From Patescibacteria group bacterium (lineage in GTDB: Bacteria > Patescibacteriota > Patescibacteriia > UBA2591 > UBA6264): a stretch of DNA of 64,000 nt. The notes under the pieces are model-generated. The model worked only from the letters and a program-made list of their open reading frames with translations. It made no database searches and was not told where the DNA came from. Where the stretch lies: NCBI GenBank assembly GCA_016784145.1, contig JADHVF010000002.1:9102-73101 (forward strand), given 5' to 3'. Below, piece by piece: positions 48,286 through 58,104 of this stretch (the first letter of the stretch is position 1; the number at the start of each line of letters is the position of its first letter). The translations under genes were made by a program, and so were the position numbers.

Positions 48286-48432
48286 TTGATTATTGATTAT
48301 TAATTATTGATTATTAATTATTGATTATTAATTATTGATTACTGATTATTAATTATTGATTACTGATTATTGATTACTGATTATTGATTACTGATTATTA
48401 ATTATTGATTACTGATTATTGATTACTGATTA
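48286..48432. repeat. 21 tandem heptamers (TTGATTA/TTAATTA/CTGATTA) filling the rpsL-rpsG spacer
   Basis: Unbroken 7-nt period counted base by base; the last unit contains the rpsL stop codon. Confidence 0.97.
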
Positions 48433-48849
48433 TTTTTTAATTTTTTCCTTTTTGGCCCCATAAAGCGAACGGCTTGTTTTTCTTCCTTCAACGCCACTAG
48501 TATCATATACTCCACGTACGACATGATATCTTACTCCTGGCAAGTCTTTCACTTTTCCTCCCCTTAAAAGAACCACAGAATGCTCTTGAAGATTATGACC
48601 AATTCCAGGGATATAAGCAGTTACTTCCATGCCATTTGATAGGCGGACTCTAGCAATTTTTCTTAAAGCAGAGTTTGGTTTTTTTGGTGTCTGAGTTGTT
48701 ACTTTTAGACAGACTCCCCTTAAAAATGGATTATTAGCAGGTGTTCTTTTTCTTTTTAGAGTATTAAAATTACTTCGCAAAGCAGGTGTTTGCGATTGTT
48801 TCTTTGTTCTTTTTCTTTTATTTTTTATTAATTGATTTATTGTTGGCAT
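48430..48849 (-). CDS. rpsL: 30S ribosomal protein S12
   Basis: [32 protein letters not shown] and KDLPGVRYH motifs. Confidence 0.99.
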   Translation of the reverse strand: MPTINQLIKNKRKRTKKQSQTPALRSNFNTLKRKRTPANNPFLRGVCLKVTTQTPKKPNSALRKIARVRLSNGMEVTAYIPGIGHNLQEHSVVLLRGGKVKDLPGVRYHVVRGVYDTSGVEGRKTSRSLYGAKKEKIKK

Positions 48850-48857
48850 AATAATCT

Positions 48858-48885
48858 ATTTTATATGTTTTTAAAAAAAAGTCAA
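48858..48885 (-). promoter_or_regulatory. Probable rpsL promoter giving a near-leaderless transcript
   Basis: Minus strand TTGACT-16 bp-TAAAAT ending 8 nt before the ATG. Confidence 0.45.
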
Positions 48886-48896
48886 CAACTTAATGT

Positions 48897-49520
48897 TTAA
48901 AATCCAAATCCTTGACCAGTAATTATGTAAAATAAAAAATTTGCTATAGGAGAAAGAAATGAAAAGGCAATAAACATTGCTATTAGAATCCCAAAAAATC
49001 CTAACTGTTCAACATGTTTCCATTGGTTTGGAAAAAGGCCTGCGAAGATTTTCGAGCCATCAAGAGGTGGAAAGGGGATCAAATTAAATAAGGCTAAAAA
49101 AATATTAATATAAATAATTAATTTTAAATACATTAAAAATTGGATAAAATATAATGAAATCATGTTTGTTGGCAAAAATACAAATAAAAGCCTTAAAATT
49201 AACCCAATAAATATAGCAATGCCAAGATTTGATAATGGTCCGGCTGCGGCTACTTTTAATGTTCCGTATTTAGAATCCCTTAGGTTATATGGATTAAATG
49301 GAACTGGTTTTGCCCAGCCAATAAAAATTCCAGAAGACATCAATAAAAATATGGGAAGGATTACTGTTCCAATTGGATCTATGTGTGAAATTGGATTTAA
49401 TGTTAGTCTACCAGCATTTTTGGCTGTTGGGTCTCCTAATCTATAAGCCATCCATCCATGTGAGTATTCGTGAAATACAGCTGAGAGAATAATAATAATG
49501 TATAAAAAAATTTTATCCAT
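48897..49520 (-). CDS. Site-2 protease (M50 family)
   Basis: HEYSH, GDPTA..GRLTLNP and FNLIPFPPLDGSK motifs. Confidence 0.93.
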   Translation of the reverse strand: MDKIFLYIIIILSAVFHEYSHGWMAYRLGDPTAKNAGRLTLNPISHIDPIGTVILPIFLLMSSGIFIGWAKPVPFNPYNLRDSKYGTLKVAAAGPLSNLGIAIFIGLILRLLFVFLPTNMISLYFIQFLMYLKLIIYINIFLALFNLIPFPPLDGSKIFAGLFPNQWKHVEQLGFFGILIAMFIAFSFLSPIANFLFYIITGQGFGF

Positions 49521-49592
49521 TTTACAGAAGTTGCATTAATTTATTAATTTGTTAAACTATTATGACGGATTATTAAAAATAAACAAGTATAT

Positions 49593-49772
49593 ATGTCTAG
49601 AAAATGTTCAATTTGTAATCGAGGACCACAAACAAGCGTTTCCAGAACCCATTCAAATATTGCTAATAAAACAAAACAATATTTAAATTTACAAACAAAA
49701 AAGATTCTTGGAAAAAAAATGAAGCTTTGCACTAAATGTTTAAAAAATTTTAAAAAAAAAAATAACTTTTAA
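49593..49772 (+). CDS. rpmB: 50S ribosomal protein L28, Zn-ribbon type (not in the ORF track)
   Basis: Hand translation MSRKCSICNRGPQTSVSRTHSNIANKTKQYLNLQTKKILGKKMKLCTKCLKNFKKKNNF*. Confidence 0.92.
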   Translation: MSRKCSICNRGPQTSVSRTHSNIANKTKQYLNLQTKKILGKKMKLCTKCLKNFKKKNNF

Positions 49773-49791
49773 TTATTTTTATTTTTTAGAA

Positions 49792-50241
49792 TTAATATTT
49801 CATTTCTCTTCTAATTTTTTTGTCTAATTCTCTTTTTTTAATTATGGCTCTTTTGTCTGTCTGTTTTTTGCCAATACCAATTCCGATTGTTATTTTAATA
49901 ATTCCTCCCTTAAGATATGTCTTTAATGGAATTACAGATGTTCCCGGAGACTTGATTTTTCCAATCAATTCTTTGATTTCTTTCTTGTTTAATAGGAGTT
50001 TTCTTTTTCTTGATGGATCATAGTTTTGTTGAACGCTAAAGGCTGGAGCATATCTTGATACATGAATATTTATCAACCACAAGGAATTAGTTGGACCAAT
50101 GTCAACATAACTGTCTGAGAAATTAATATTACCTTGTTTTATTGATTTTACTTCAGGGCCTGTTAAAATGATTCCCGCTTCAAAGGTTTTTAATATCTTA
50201 TAGTTATAGTATGCTTTTTTATTTTTGTTTATTATTTTCAT
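49792..50241 (-). CDS. smpB: SsrA-binding protein
   Basis: NKKAYYNY, EAGIILTGPEVKSI, RKRKLLL.KKEI and GKKQTDKR motifs. Confidence 0.96.
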   Translation of the reverse strand: MKIINKNKKAYYNYKILKTFEAGIILTGPEVKSIKQGNINFSDSYVDIGPTNSLWLINIHVSRYAPAFSVQQNYDPSRKRKLLLNKKEIKELIGKIKSPGTSVIPLKTYLKGGIIKITIGIGIGKKQTDKRAIIKKRELDKKIRREMKY

Positions 50242-50294
50242 ATTATGAATTATAACATATTGTTTTTATAATTAAAAATGTTATAATAAAAAAT

Positions 50295-51470
50295 ATGAAA
50301 ATCGGAATAGATTGTCGCACAATTTTAAATCCTGCTAAAGGTCAATCAGCTGGACTTGGCCATTATGTATATCAACTGGTTCGACATTTGATAAGCAATG
50401 ACAAACAAAATACGTATGTTTTATTCTTTGATCGTTCTATTCCCAAGAAAAGATTAAAGAAGTTTATAAAAAAAAATACAATAATCAAGTTCTTTCCATT
50501 TATAAGTTATACAAAATTTTTAAAATTTCGTTATTTTGATTTTTTAGAAAGCGCTGTTTTGTTAAACGAGAATCTTGATATTTTCCATTCTCCATTGCCG
50601 TCTTTGCCTTTGTCGTACAAAGGAAATTCTGTTGTTACTGTTCATGATGTTTCTATTTATAGGTTCCCGGAATTATATTCCAAAAAAGAGGTTTTTAATT
50701 TAAAAAAGGAAATCCCAGATACATTAAAAAGAGCGAACAAAATAATTACTGCTTCAAACTCTACTAAAAAAGATTTAATAAAAATTTTTAATATAAATCC
50801 CGAGAAAATAAAAGTAGTTTATCATGGAATTGATAAAAGATTTTTTAAAAAATCTTCTGATAGCAGTATAAGAAAGATAAAAATTAAATACAAGATTAAG
50901 AAAAAATATTTTCTTTTCTTGGGCACGCTTGATAAAAGAAAAAATATTACAGGAATTATAGATGCTTACGAACATTTTAGAGATAAAAAAATTGATTTAA
51001 ATAAAAAAATAAAACATTCTAGTAAATTTTTTGATTATCAACTTGTATTAGCAGGAGCTGTTGGAGAAAATTCTAAAGATATAAGTAGAAAGATTTCTTT
51101 TTCAAAATATAAAAAAGATATTTTATTGCCAGGATATATAGAAGCAGATGAACTATGTCCTCTTTTTCAAGGCGCTGAAATTTTTATTTCACCTTCTATT
51201 TATGAAGGGTTTGGAACACCAATAATAGAAGCAATGGCTAATAATTTGCCAGTAATATCAAGTAATGTTTCCTCAATTCCTGAAATAACAGATAATTGTT
51301 CAATATTGGTTAATCCAAATAATAGTAAAAAAATAGCTCAAACAATGTATGATTTATTGTCAAACAAGGAATTAAGGCAAGCAATAATATCTTGCAACAA
51401 ACAAAGGGCAAAATTTTTTGATTGGGATAAATGTGCTAAAGAAACCATTGATGTTTATAAGAAAATATAA
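50295..51470 (+). CDS. Glycosyltransferase family 4
   Basis: MKIGID, VVTVHD, GTLDKRKN and PSIYEGFGTPIIEAM motifs. Confidence 0.92.
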   Translation: MKIGIDCRTILNPAKGQSAGLGHYVYQLVRHLISNDKQNTYVLFFDRSIPKKRLKKFIKKNTIIKFFPFISYTKFLKFRYFDFLESAVLLNENLDIFHSPLPSLPLSYKGNSVVTVHDVSIYRFPELYSKKEVFNLKKEIPDTLKRANKIITASNSTKKDLIKIFNINPEKIKVVYHGIDKRFFKKSSDSSIRKIKIKYKIKKKYFLFLGTLDKRKNITGIIDAYEHFRDKKIDLNKKIKHSSKFFDYQLVLAGAVGENSKDISRKISFSKYKKDILLPGYIEADELCPLFQGAEIFISPSIYEGFGTPIIEAMANNLPVISSNVSSIPEITDNCSILVNPNNSKKIAQTMYDLLSNKELRQAIISCNKQRAKFFDWDKCAKETIDVYKKI

Positions 51471-51494
51471 TTAATAAGTTTAATTAAAAAAAAT

Positions 51495-51932
51495 ATGCAA
51501 GAAGAATTTAAACAAAACACACAAGAGGGGGGAACAAAATCAAAAAAAAGAGGATTAATTTTTTTGATAGTTGGTATTGTCATATTGGTAATGCTGGTTG
51601 CTTTTTTGGCTTATACAATGTTTTTTTCTGTGAAAGCAACATCATCATGGAGTGCTGTTTTTCTAAATAATGGCAGAACTTATTTTGGTCACATAATCAA
51701 GCAAGACGTAAGATTCTTGACCTTAACAAATGTTTATTACATACAAGTTCAACAGTTAGCTCCAGATCAAGAGGGAGCACAGCCACAACAACAGCTTTCT
51801 TTGGTTAATATTGCAGATGAGTTACATCAGCCAGAAGATGTGATGAAAATTAATCTTGACAATGTTTTATTTGTTCAGGAATTGAAAGAAGATTCACAAA
51901 TAGTCACTACAATTGGCCAACTGTCAAAATAA
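51495..51932 (+). CDS. Hypothetical single-TM protein (Sm-like AVFLxNGxxYFG motif)
   Basis: TM helix, then WSAVFLNNGRTYFG..LTNVYY..ELHQPED. Confidence 0.65.
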   Translation: MQEEFKQNTQEGGTKSKKRGLIFLIVGIVILVMLVAFLAYTMFFSVKATSSWSAVFLNNGRTYFGHIIKQDVRFLTLTNVYYIQVQQLAPDQEGAQPQQQLSLVNIADELHQPEDVMKINLDNVLFVQELKEDSQIVTTIGQLSK

Positions 51933-51961
51933 AAAAGCATAATTGATTTAATTTTTGTAGA

Positions 51962-53701
51962 GTGAATAGCTTTAAGAACAGAAGCAATTTTAATGCGGCT
52001 GGTAGTTTATTAATTGTTGTCTTTATATTATTAATTATTTTTGTTATAGCAGTTGGATTATTTTATTTAAGTAAAAATAATAAAACAAGGTTTAATTCTG
52101 GGATTGATTTTTGGATACATGGTGAGCCAGTTCAGTCATTTGGAGTTGAAGATAGCTTTTTTGTTTTTATCAAAAATAAAGAAATCAGAGAATTGGAAGA
52201 CATCACGGTTACGCTTTTTTTTCCAGATAAATTTAATTTAATCCATGAGAATTTAGAGTGCGAAGAAATATCTACTAACAGGTGTTCATGGCACATAGAT
52301 AGAATAGCCAAAAACGGGCTAAAGGATATTAAGTTTTCAGGGATATTTTTAGGAGACATAAATAGTCCACAGGTTTTTAGAGGAGAGATTAATTTTAAGT
52401 TAAAGGGATTTTCTTCAGTTTTTCAAAAAAAATTATCCTTTTCAGTTAATATAGAGCCGTCATTTATGTTGTCAGTAAATATGCCAGATAAAGCTCTTTC
52501 TTATGAAGATTTAGAGTTTGATTTTTTTTTAAAGAGCATTGTTAACGAAAATATTTCTAATATTAAGATTATTTTTAATTTCCCTGATAATTTTATTCCA
52601 AAAAAGATAATTAATATTAATAATAAAGAAGAAAAAGTTAACACAACAGAACAATCTAATAATATAGATATTAATATTGATAAAATAGATAAAAAAGAAT
52701 TAAATTTTAAAATAATAGGATTTTTTGATAAGCCAAACAAAGATTCATTTTTTAATATAAATGCTGGGATAATAGATAATAAAGTTTTTTATAATCAATC
52801 ATTACAGCCAGAAAATATAAATGTAACTGATTTTGGTTTTAAAGCGCTTGTGAGTATTGATGAAAATAAAGAGCCTGTTCAGGATTATGATTGGGGAGAT
52901 GATGTTTCAATAAAAATGGCCTATTTTAATGATAGTGACAAGGTTGTTGAAGATTTTGTATTGGAGATGAGAATTGATAATAAAAAATATGCTTATATTT
53001 CAGAGGATGACTTGCTTTTTAAAATAAAAAAGGTTTTACCAGGAGAAAGTGGAAATGTTAATTTTAGTTTGCCATTGAAGTCGTCAACTCAAGCAAGTAA
53101 AAATAATTATAAAAATGCAAATTTTTTAATATATGCTATGGCCAGCGGTATATTCTCAGACAACCAAGAGTGGAAATCCAAAAGCAATGAAATAGATATA
53201 AGGATTAATACATTTGTAGAGCTTGAAGCAGAGGCGCGTTATTATAATGATGAAAGGGTTGCTATTGGTAGCGGTAACCTTCCTCCTAAAATGGGAGAGG
53301 AAACAAGTTATTGGATTTTTTGGAGGATAAAAAATACTACTAATTCAATAAAAGATATTTTTGTAAAAACAAAATTGCCAACCAATGTATCTTACTTAAA
53401 CAAAACAGGGGCAACCAATGGTTTAATATTATATGATGCCAAGGCCAGGCAAGTAATTTGGCAAATACCAACTATTTCAGCATATAGAGGAGGAGGATAC
53501 TCTTTGTTGGAAGCCGGGTTTGAAGTGTCTGTCTCTCCTATAATTTCAAATGTTGGCTCTGTTATGGATTTAACAAAAGATATATTTTTGAATTTTGAAG
53601 ACAATTTTACTCAAGATTCTACTTCAATAATAAAAAATCCTTTAAATACATTTTTAAATGCAGACCCGGTATTTAATGGTTCAGGGGTTGTATTAAAATA
53701 A
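51962..53701 (+). CDS. Single-TM extracellular protein with Ig-like (DUF11-like) domains
   Basis: N-terminal TM helix; beta-rich segments; GSGNLPPKMGEETSYWIFW..N. Confidence 0.6.
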   Translation: MNSFKNRSNFNAAGSLLIVVFILLIIFVIAVGLFYLSKNNKTRFNSGIDFWIHGEPVQSFGVEDSFFVFIKNKEIRELEDITVTLFFPDKFNLIHENLECEEISTNRCSWHIDRIAKNGLKDIKFSGIFLGDINSPQVFRGEINFKLKGFSSVFQKKLSFSVNIEPSFMLSVNMPDKALSYEDLEFDFFLKSIVNENISNIKIIFNFPDNFIPKKIININNKEEKVNTTEQSNNIDINIDKIDKKELNFKIIGFFDKPNKDSFFNINAGIIDNKVFYNQSLQPENINVTDFGFKALVSIDENKEPVQDYDWGDDVSIKMAYFNDSDKVVEDFVLEMRIDNKKYAYISEDDLLFKIKKVLPGESGNVNFSLPLKSSTQASKNNYKNANFLIYAMASGIFSDNQEWKSKSNEIDIRINTFVELEAEARYYNDERVAIGSGNLPPKMGEETSYWIFWRIKNTTNSIKDIFVKTKLPTNVSYLNKTGATNGLILYDAKARQVIWQIPTISAYRGGGYSLLEAGFEVSVSPIISNVGSVMDLTKDIFLNFEDNFTQDSTSIIKNPLNTFLNADPVFNGSGVVLK

Positions 53702-53710
53702 ATAATATTT

Positions 53711-56605
53711 ATGTCTAAAATAAATTTTATTAAAATTGAAGAAAAAATTTTAGATTTTTGGAAACAAAAGAAAATTTTTACTAAATTAAGAAAAAAAAAT
53801 GCAGGTGGAAAGGCATGGTCTTTTTTAGATGGGCCTATTACAGCCAATAATCCAATGGGAGTTCATCATGCTTGGGGAAGAACATATAAAGATATTTTTC
53901 AGCGATATAAAGCAATGAATGGCTATGACCAAAGATATCAAAATGGATTTGATTGTCAGGGTCTTTGGGTTGAGGTAGAGGTAGAGAAAGACAAGGGCTT
54001 TAAAACAAAAAAAGATATTGAAACATACGGGATTGAAAAGTTTGTTAATGATTGCAAGCAGAGGGTTACAAAATATTCAGACATCCAAACACAACAATCT
54101 ATTCGCCTTGGTCAATGGATGGATTGGGATAATTCTTATTATACAATGTCTGACGAGAATAATTATGCAATTTGGAACTTTTTAAAGAAATGTAAAGACA
54201 AACAAATATTATATAAAGGAAAAGATGTTGTTCCTTGGTGTATAAGATGCGGCACAGCCATTTCGCAGCATGAAATTTTAACAGAGGAATACAAGGAAGT
54301 GTCTCATAAGTCAATCTTTTTTAAACTGCCAATTAAAGGAAGTCCAAATACATTTTTTATGGCTTGGACAACAACTCCTTGGACTTTGCCTGCTAATGTG
54401 GCTCTGGCTGTTCACCCAGAATTAAATTATGTAAAAATCCAAGACAGGAAAGACAATAATATTTATGTTTTACTTGAAAGCAAATCAGAATTAGTTGTAA
54501 ATGGAAAAATAATTGATAAATTTGTTGGTGAAAAGTTAATAGGAATGGAATACGAGGGAATGTTTGATAACATGAAAGAGCCTAGCCAACAATTAAAGTC
54601 ATATAAGCATTCAGTTATTTCATGGGATGAAGTGACAGAAGAAGAAGGGACGGGGATTGTTCATATTGCTCCTGGTTGCGGACAAGAGGATTTTCAACTC
54701 AGCAAGGAGTTTAATATTCCGGTTATTGACCCAACCAATAAGCAAGGAAAATATAAACAAGGATTTGATTTTTTAACAGATAGATTTGTGACAGAAGTTA
54801 ATGAGGTCATTTTTGACGATTTAACCAAAAGAGGGTTTGTTTTTGATATCAAGGATTATCAGCATCGTTATCCTACTTGTTGGAGATGTAAGTCAGAGCT
54901 TATTTTTAGATTAGTTGATGAATGGTATATTTCAATGAAGAAGTTAAGAAAGCCGTTAGCAAAAGCTGTTAAAAAAATAAAATGGTTGCCAAAATACGGA
55001 CTAGATAGAGAGTTGGATTGGCTTAAAAATATGAGTGACTGGTTAATTTCAAAAAAACGATATTGGGGATTAGCATTGCCTATATATGAATGTACTAAAT
55101 GTAAAAAATTTGAAGTAATTGGGTCCAAACAAGAATTACAGGACAGAGCGATAGAAGGCTGGGTTGATTTTAGTGGACATTCTCCTCATCGTCCTTGGGT
55201 TGATAAAGTGAAAATAAAATGTTCAAAGTGTGATAATAAAATTTCAAGAATATTAGATGTTGGCAATCCTTGGCTTGATGCAGGCATTGTTCCATTTTCA
55301 ACTATTAAATATTATTCAGATAAAAAATACTGGGAAAAATGGTTCCCCCCTCATCTTGTTTGTGAATCATTTCCAGGTCAGTTTAAAAATTGGTTTTACT
55401 CTTTAATTGTAATGAGCGTTGTCTTAGAGGATTGTCCACCAGTAGAGACAATTTTTGGATATGCATTAGTAAAAGATGAACACGGAGAAGAGATGCATAA
55501 ATCAGCAGGAAATGCAATTTGGTTTGATGATGCGGTTACTAAAACAGGAGTTGATGCAATGAGGTGGCTTTATTTTAGCTCCAATCCTTTTAATAATCTT
55601 TATTTTGGGTTTAATAATATTCAAAAATCACAAAATAAACTTTTAGTACTTTGGAATATTTTTGTTTTTTATAAAACTCATGGGAGTAAAATTATTAAAG
55701 CACAACCAATGGGTAATGTTTTAGATAAATGGATTATTTCAAAGTTAAATAATTTAATTTTAAAAACAACTTCAGGATTAGATGAATATAATACATCTTT
55801 TGTGGCCGAAGAAATAGCCAAGTTTTTAATAAAAGATTTTTCAAGATGGTATTTAAGGATGTCAAGAAATAGATTTAGAGATTTATCTAATCAAGCCGAC
55901 AATCAGCAGGCGAATTATACATTATATTTTGTGCTTCTTAATCTTATTAAATTATTAGCTCCCATAACTCCTTTTTTGGCTGAGGAAATTTATTTATCAA
56001 TCAAGCAAGACAATGATGTTGAATCTGTTCATTTGTTTAGTTGGCCAAAAGCAGACCAGCAAGCAATTAGCAAAGACATGGAAGATAAAATGAGTTTGGT
56101 TCGGGAAATTTGCGAGATTGGTCATAGCATTAGAGTTAAGGCAGGCATTAAAGTCAGACAACCATTAAGTTGTGTGGCCATTAAATCAAGCAAAATGACA
56201 GCAGAGCTAGAAAATTTAATTAAAAAAGAATTAAATGTTAAAAAAGTTGATTGGGTTAAGAAAATTCCCAAGTCAAAGGATTGGGTTATGGTTGATGATA
56301 GCGATATATTGATGGCTTTAAACATAAAATTAACAGCAGAGCTAGAAGAAGAAGGGATTATAAGAGAGGTTGTTAGACAGGTTAATTCTTTGCGTAAAAA
56401 AAATAAATTAACAATCAATGACACTATAGAAATTTATTACGAGACAACAAGTCAGAGAATAAAAGAAGTAATAAAGAAAAACTTAGGCACATTAAAGAAG
56501 AATACAATTAGTTCATCTATTTTAGATAGAAAAATAAGTAATGATTTTTCCCAAAAGCAAATAAAAATAAACAATCAAGTAGTTGTGTTAGCAATAAATG
56601 TTTAA
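53711..56605 (+). CDS. ileS: Isoleucine--tRNA ligase, type 2, with GVHH signature
   Basis: DGPITANNPMGVHH, GFDCQGLWVE, WTTTPWTLP, GTGIVHIAP, DWLISKKRYWG and EMHKS; IleRS2-type C-terminus IKVRQPL..EG.IREVVR. Confidence 0.95.
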   Translation: MSKINFIKIEEKILDFWKQKKIFTKLRKKNAGGKAWSFLDGPITANNPMGVHHAWGRTYKDIFQRYKAMNGYDQRYQNGFDCQGLWVEVEVEKDKGFKTKKDIETYGIEKFVNDCKQRVTKYSDIQTQQSIRLGQWMDWDNSYYTMSDENNYAIWNFLKKCKDKQILYKGKDVVPWCIRCGTAISQHEILTEEYKEVSHKSIFFKLPIKGSPNTFFMAWTTTPWTLPANVALAVHPELNYVKIQDRKDNNIYVLLESKSELVVNGKIIDKFVGEKLIGMEYEGMFDNMKEPSQQLKSYKHSVISWDEVTEEEGTGIVHIAPGCGQEDFQLSKEFNIPVIDPTNKQGKYKQGFDFLTDRFVTEVNEVIFDDLTKRGFVFDIKDYQHRYPTCWRCKSELIFRLVDEWYISMKKLRKPLAKAVKKIKWLPKYGLDRELDWLKNMSDWLISKKRYWGLALPIYECTKCKKFEVIGSKQELQDRAIEGWVDFSGHSPHRPWVDKVKIKCSKCDNKISRILDVGNPWLDAGIVPFSTIKYYSDKKYWEKWFPPHLVCESFPGQFKNWFYSLIVMSVVLEDCPPVETIFGYALVKDEHGEEMHKSAGNAIWFDDAVTKTGVDAMRWLYFSSNPFNNLYFGFNNIQKSQNKLLVLWNIFVFYKTHGSKIIKAQPMGNVLDKWIISKLNNLILKTTSGLDEYNTSFVAEEIAKFLIKDFSRWYLRMSRNRFRDLSNQADNQQANYTLYFVLLNLIKLLAPITPFLAEEIYLSIKQDNDVESVHLFSWPKADQQAISKDMEDKMSLVREICEIGHSIRVKAGIKVRQPLSCVAIKSSKMTAELENLIKKELNVKKVDWVKKIPKSKDWVMVDDSDILMALNIKLTAELEEEGIIREVVRQVNSLRKKNKLTINDTIEIYYETTSQRIKEVIKKNLGTLKKNTISSSILDRKISNDFSQKQIKINNQVVVLAINV

Positions 56606-57710
56606 TTTATTATTAAAATCTAATAAATCAAAGGCAAGAATTGGCAAACTAATAACAGCTCATGGTTCAATAGATAGCCCATTTTTTATGCCGATTGCTA
56701 CCAAAGGAGCTGTTAAAGGATTGTCTCCCGAGGACATTAAATTGCTTGGGGCTCAAATAATACTCTCAAACACATATCATTTATTTTTAAGACCTGGTTT
56801 GGCAGTAATAAGTAGCCATAAAGGACTACACAAGTTTATTAACTGGAACAAACCTATTTTAACTGATAGTGGTGGCTATCAAGTTTTTTCTTTGTCTAAA
56901 AAAAGAATAGTTAAAAATAATGGAGTAGAATTTCTATCAGAGATAGATGGTCAAAAGATTTTGTTAACACCTGCTAAGGCAGTTAAAATTCAGAAAGTTT
57001 TGGGTTCTGATATTGTTATGGTTTTTGATGAGTGTGTATCATATCCAAGTAATTACGAACAAGCAGATAAGGCAATTAAAAGAACGACTAGATGGGCGAA
57101 ACAATGTAAGCAAGAATTTTTAAAAAATAATCAAGACAATAAACAGTTGCTTTTTGGTATTGTGCAAGGTTCTATATATAAAGACTTAAGAATAGCGAGC
57201 GCTCGACAACTTATGGAGATAGGGTTTGATGGGTATGCGATTGGCGGACTTACATTAGGAGAACCAATCAATCAAACTTATGAAATGATTAATTTAGTGG
57301 AGCAAGTTTTAGATGAACAAAAACCGAGATATTTAATGGGAGCTGGTAAGCCAGAGCAAATCTTTAAAGCAGTTATGCTAGGGATTGATATGTTTGATTG
57401 TGTTATCCCTTCTAGAAATGCCAGACACGGACTTTTGTATGCTCAAATATCTGAACAAATCAAACCAAGTTTTAATAAAAAATCTTACAAAGAAATAAGA
57501 ATACTTAATTCAAAATATAAAAATAATACTCAACCAATATCTAAGTATTGTAAATGTTATACTTGTCAAAATTATTCATTGAGTTACTTAAGGCATTTGT
57601 TTGTCACTAAAGAAGCTTTTGGGCAAAGATTGGCAGTAATTCACAATTTGTTTTTTTACATTAATTTAATGAAAAACATAAGACAATTAATAAAAAATGG
57701 GGACATTTAG
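56598..57710 (+). CDS. tgt: tRNA-guanine transglycosylase
   Basis: NTYHLFLRPG, TDSGGYQVFSL, GIVQG, DMFDCV and the CxCxxC...H Zn site. Confidence 0.96.
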   Translation: MFNLLLKSNKSKARIGKLITAHGSIDSPFFMPIATKGAVKGLSPEDIKLLGAQIILSNTYHLFLRPGLAVISSHKGLHKFINWNKPILTDSGGYQVFSLSKKRIVKNNGVEFLSEIDGQKILLTPAKAVKIQKVLGSDIVMVFDECVSYPSNYEQADKAIKRTTRWAKQCKQEFLKNNQDNKQLLFGIVQGSIYKDLRIASARQLMEIGFDGYAIGGLTLGEPINQTYEMINLVEQVLDEQKPRYLMGAGKPEQIFKAVMLGIDMFDCVIPSRNARHGLLYAQISEQIKPSFNKKSYKEIRILNSKYKNNTQPISKYCKCYTCQNYSLSYLRHLFVTKEAFGQRLAVIHNLFFYINLMKNIRQLIKNGDI

Positions 57711-57716
57711 CATCTC

Positions 57717-57745
57717 TTGACACAAGGGATTTAAATTTATATACT
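57717..57745 (+). promoter_or_regulatory. Near-consensus sigma70 promoter for tRNA-Glu
   Basis: TTGACA-17 bp-TATACT, 11 nt upstream of the tRNA. Confidence 0.8.
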
Positions 57746-57756
57746 TGTTATAATGA

Positions 57757-57828
57757 GCCGCCATCGTCTAGTGGTTAGGACACCAGGTTTTCATTCTGGC
57801 AACAGGGGTTCGATTCCCCTTGGCGGTG
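57757..57828 (+). tRNA. tRNA-Glu(TTC), CCA not encoded
   Basis: Acceptor GCCGCCA/TGGCGGT; anticodon arm CCAGG-TTTTCAT-TCTGG; T arm AGGGG-TTCGATT-CCCCT. Confidence 0.92.
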
Positions 57829-57857
57829 CTTAATTAATAATAAATAATAAAAGAATT

Positions 57858-58088
57858 ATGAAAATTAACGTTTATTCTACTGAAACTTGCGGGTTTTGTA
57901 TTCAGCTTAAAAATTTTTTAGAAGAAAATAATATTGAATTCAATGAATTCAATGTAGGTAGTGATCAATCAGCAGCTAAAAAAATGATTGAAGCCACCGG
58001 GCAAATGGGAGTGCCAGTAACTGAAATTGACGGAGAATTTATAGTTGGATTTGATGTTAATAGATTGAAGGAAAAGCTTAATCTTTAA
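57858..58088 (+). CDS. Glutaredoxin-like (NrdH/YruB) protein
   Basis: CGFC, TGQMGVPV and IVGFD motifs. Confidence 0.9.
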   Translation: MKINVYSTETCGFCIQLKNFLEENNIEFNEFNVGSDQSAAKKMIEATGQMGVPVTEIDGEFIVGFDVNRLKEKLNL

Positions 58089-58104
58089 TTTTTTTAATAA
58101 TTAT

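Noticed and set aside
49544-49732. Minus-strand 62-aa ORF
   Set aside because: Antisense shadow of rpmB.
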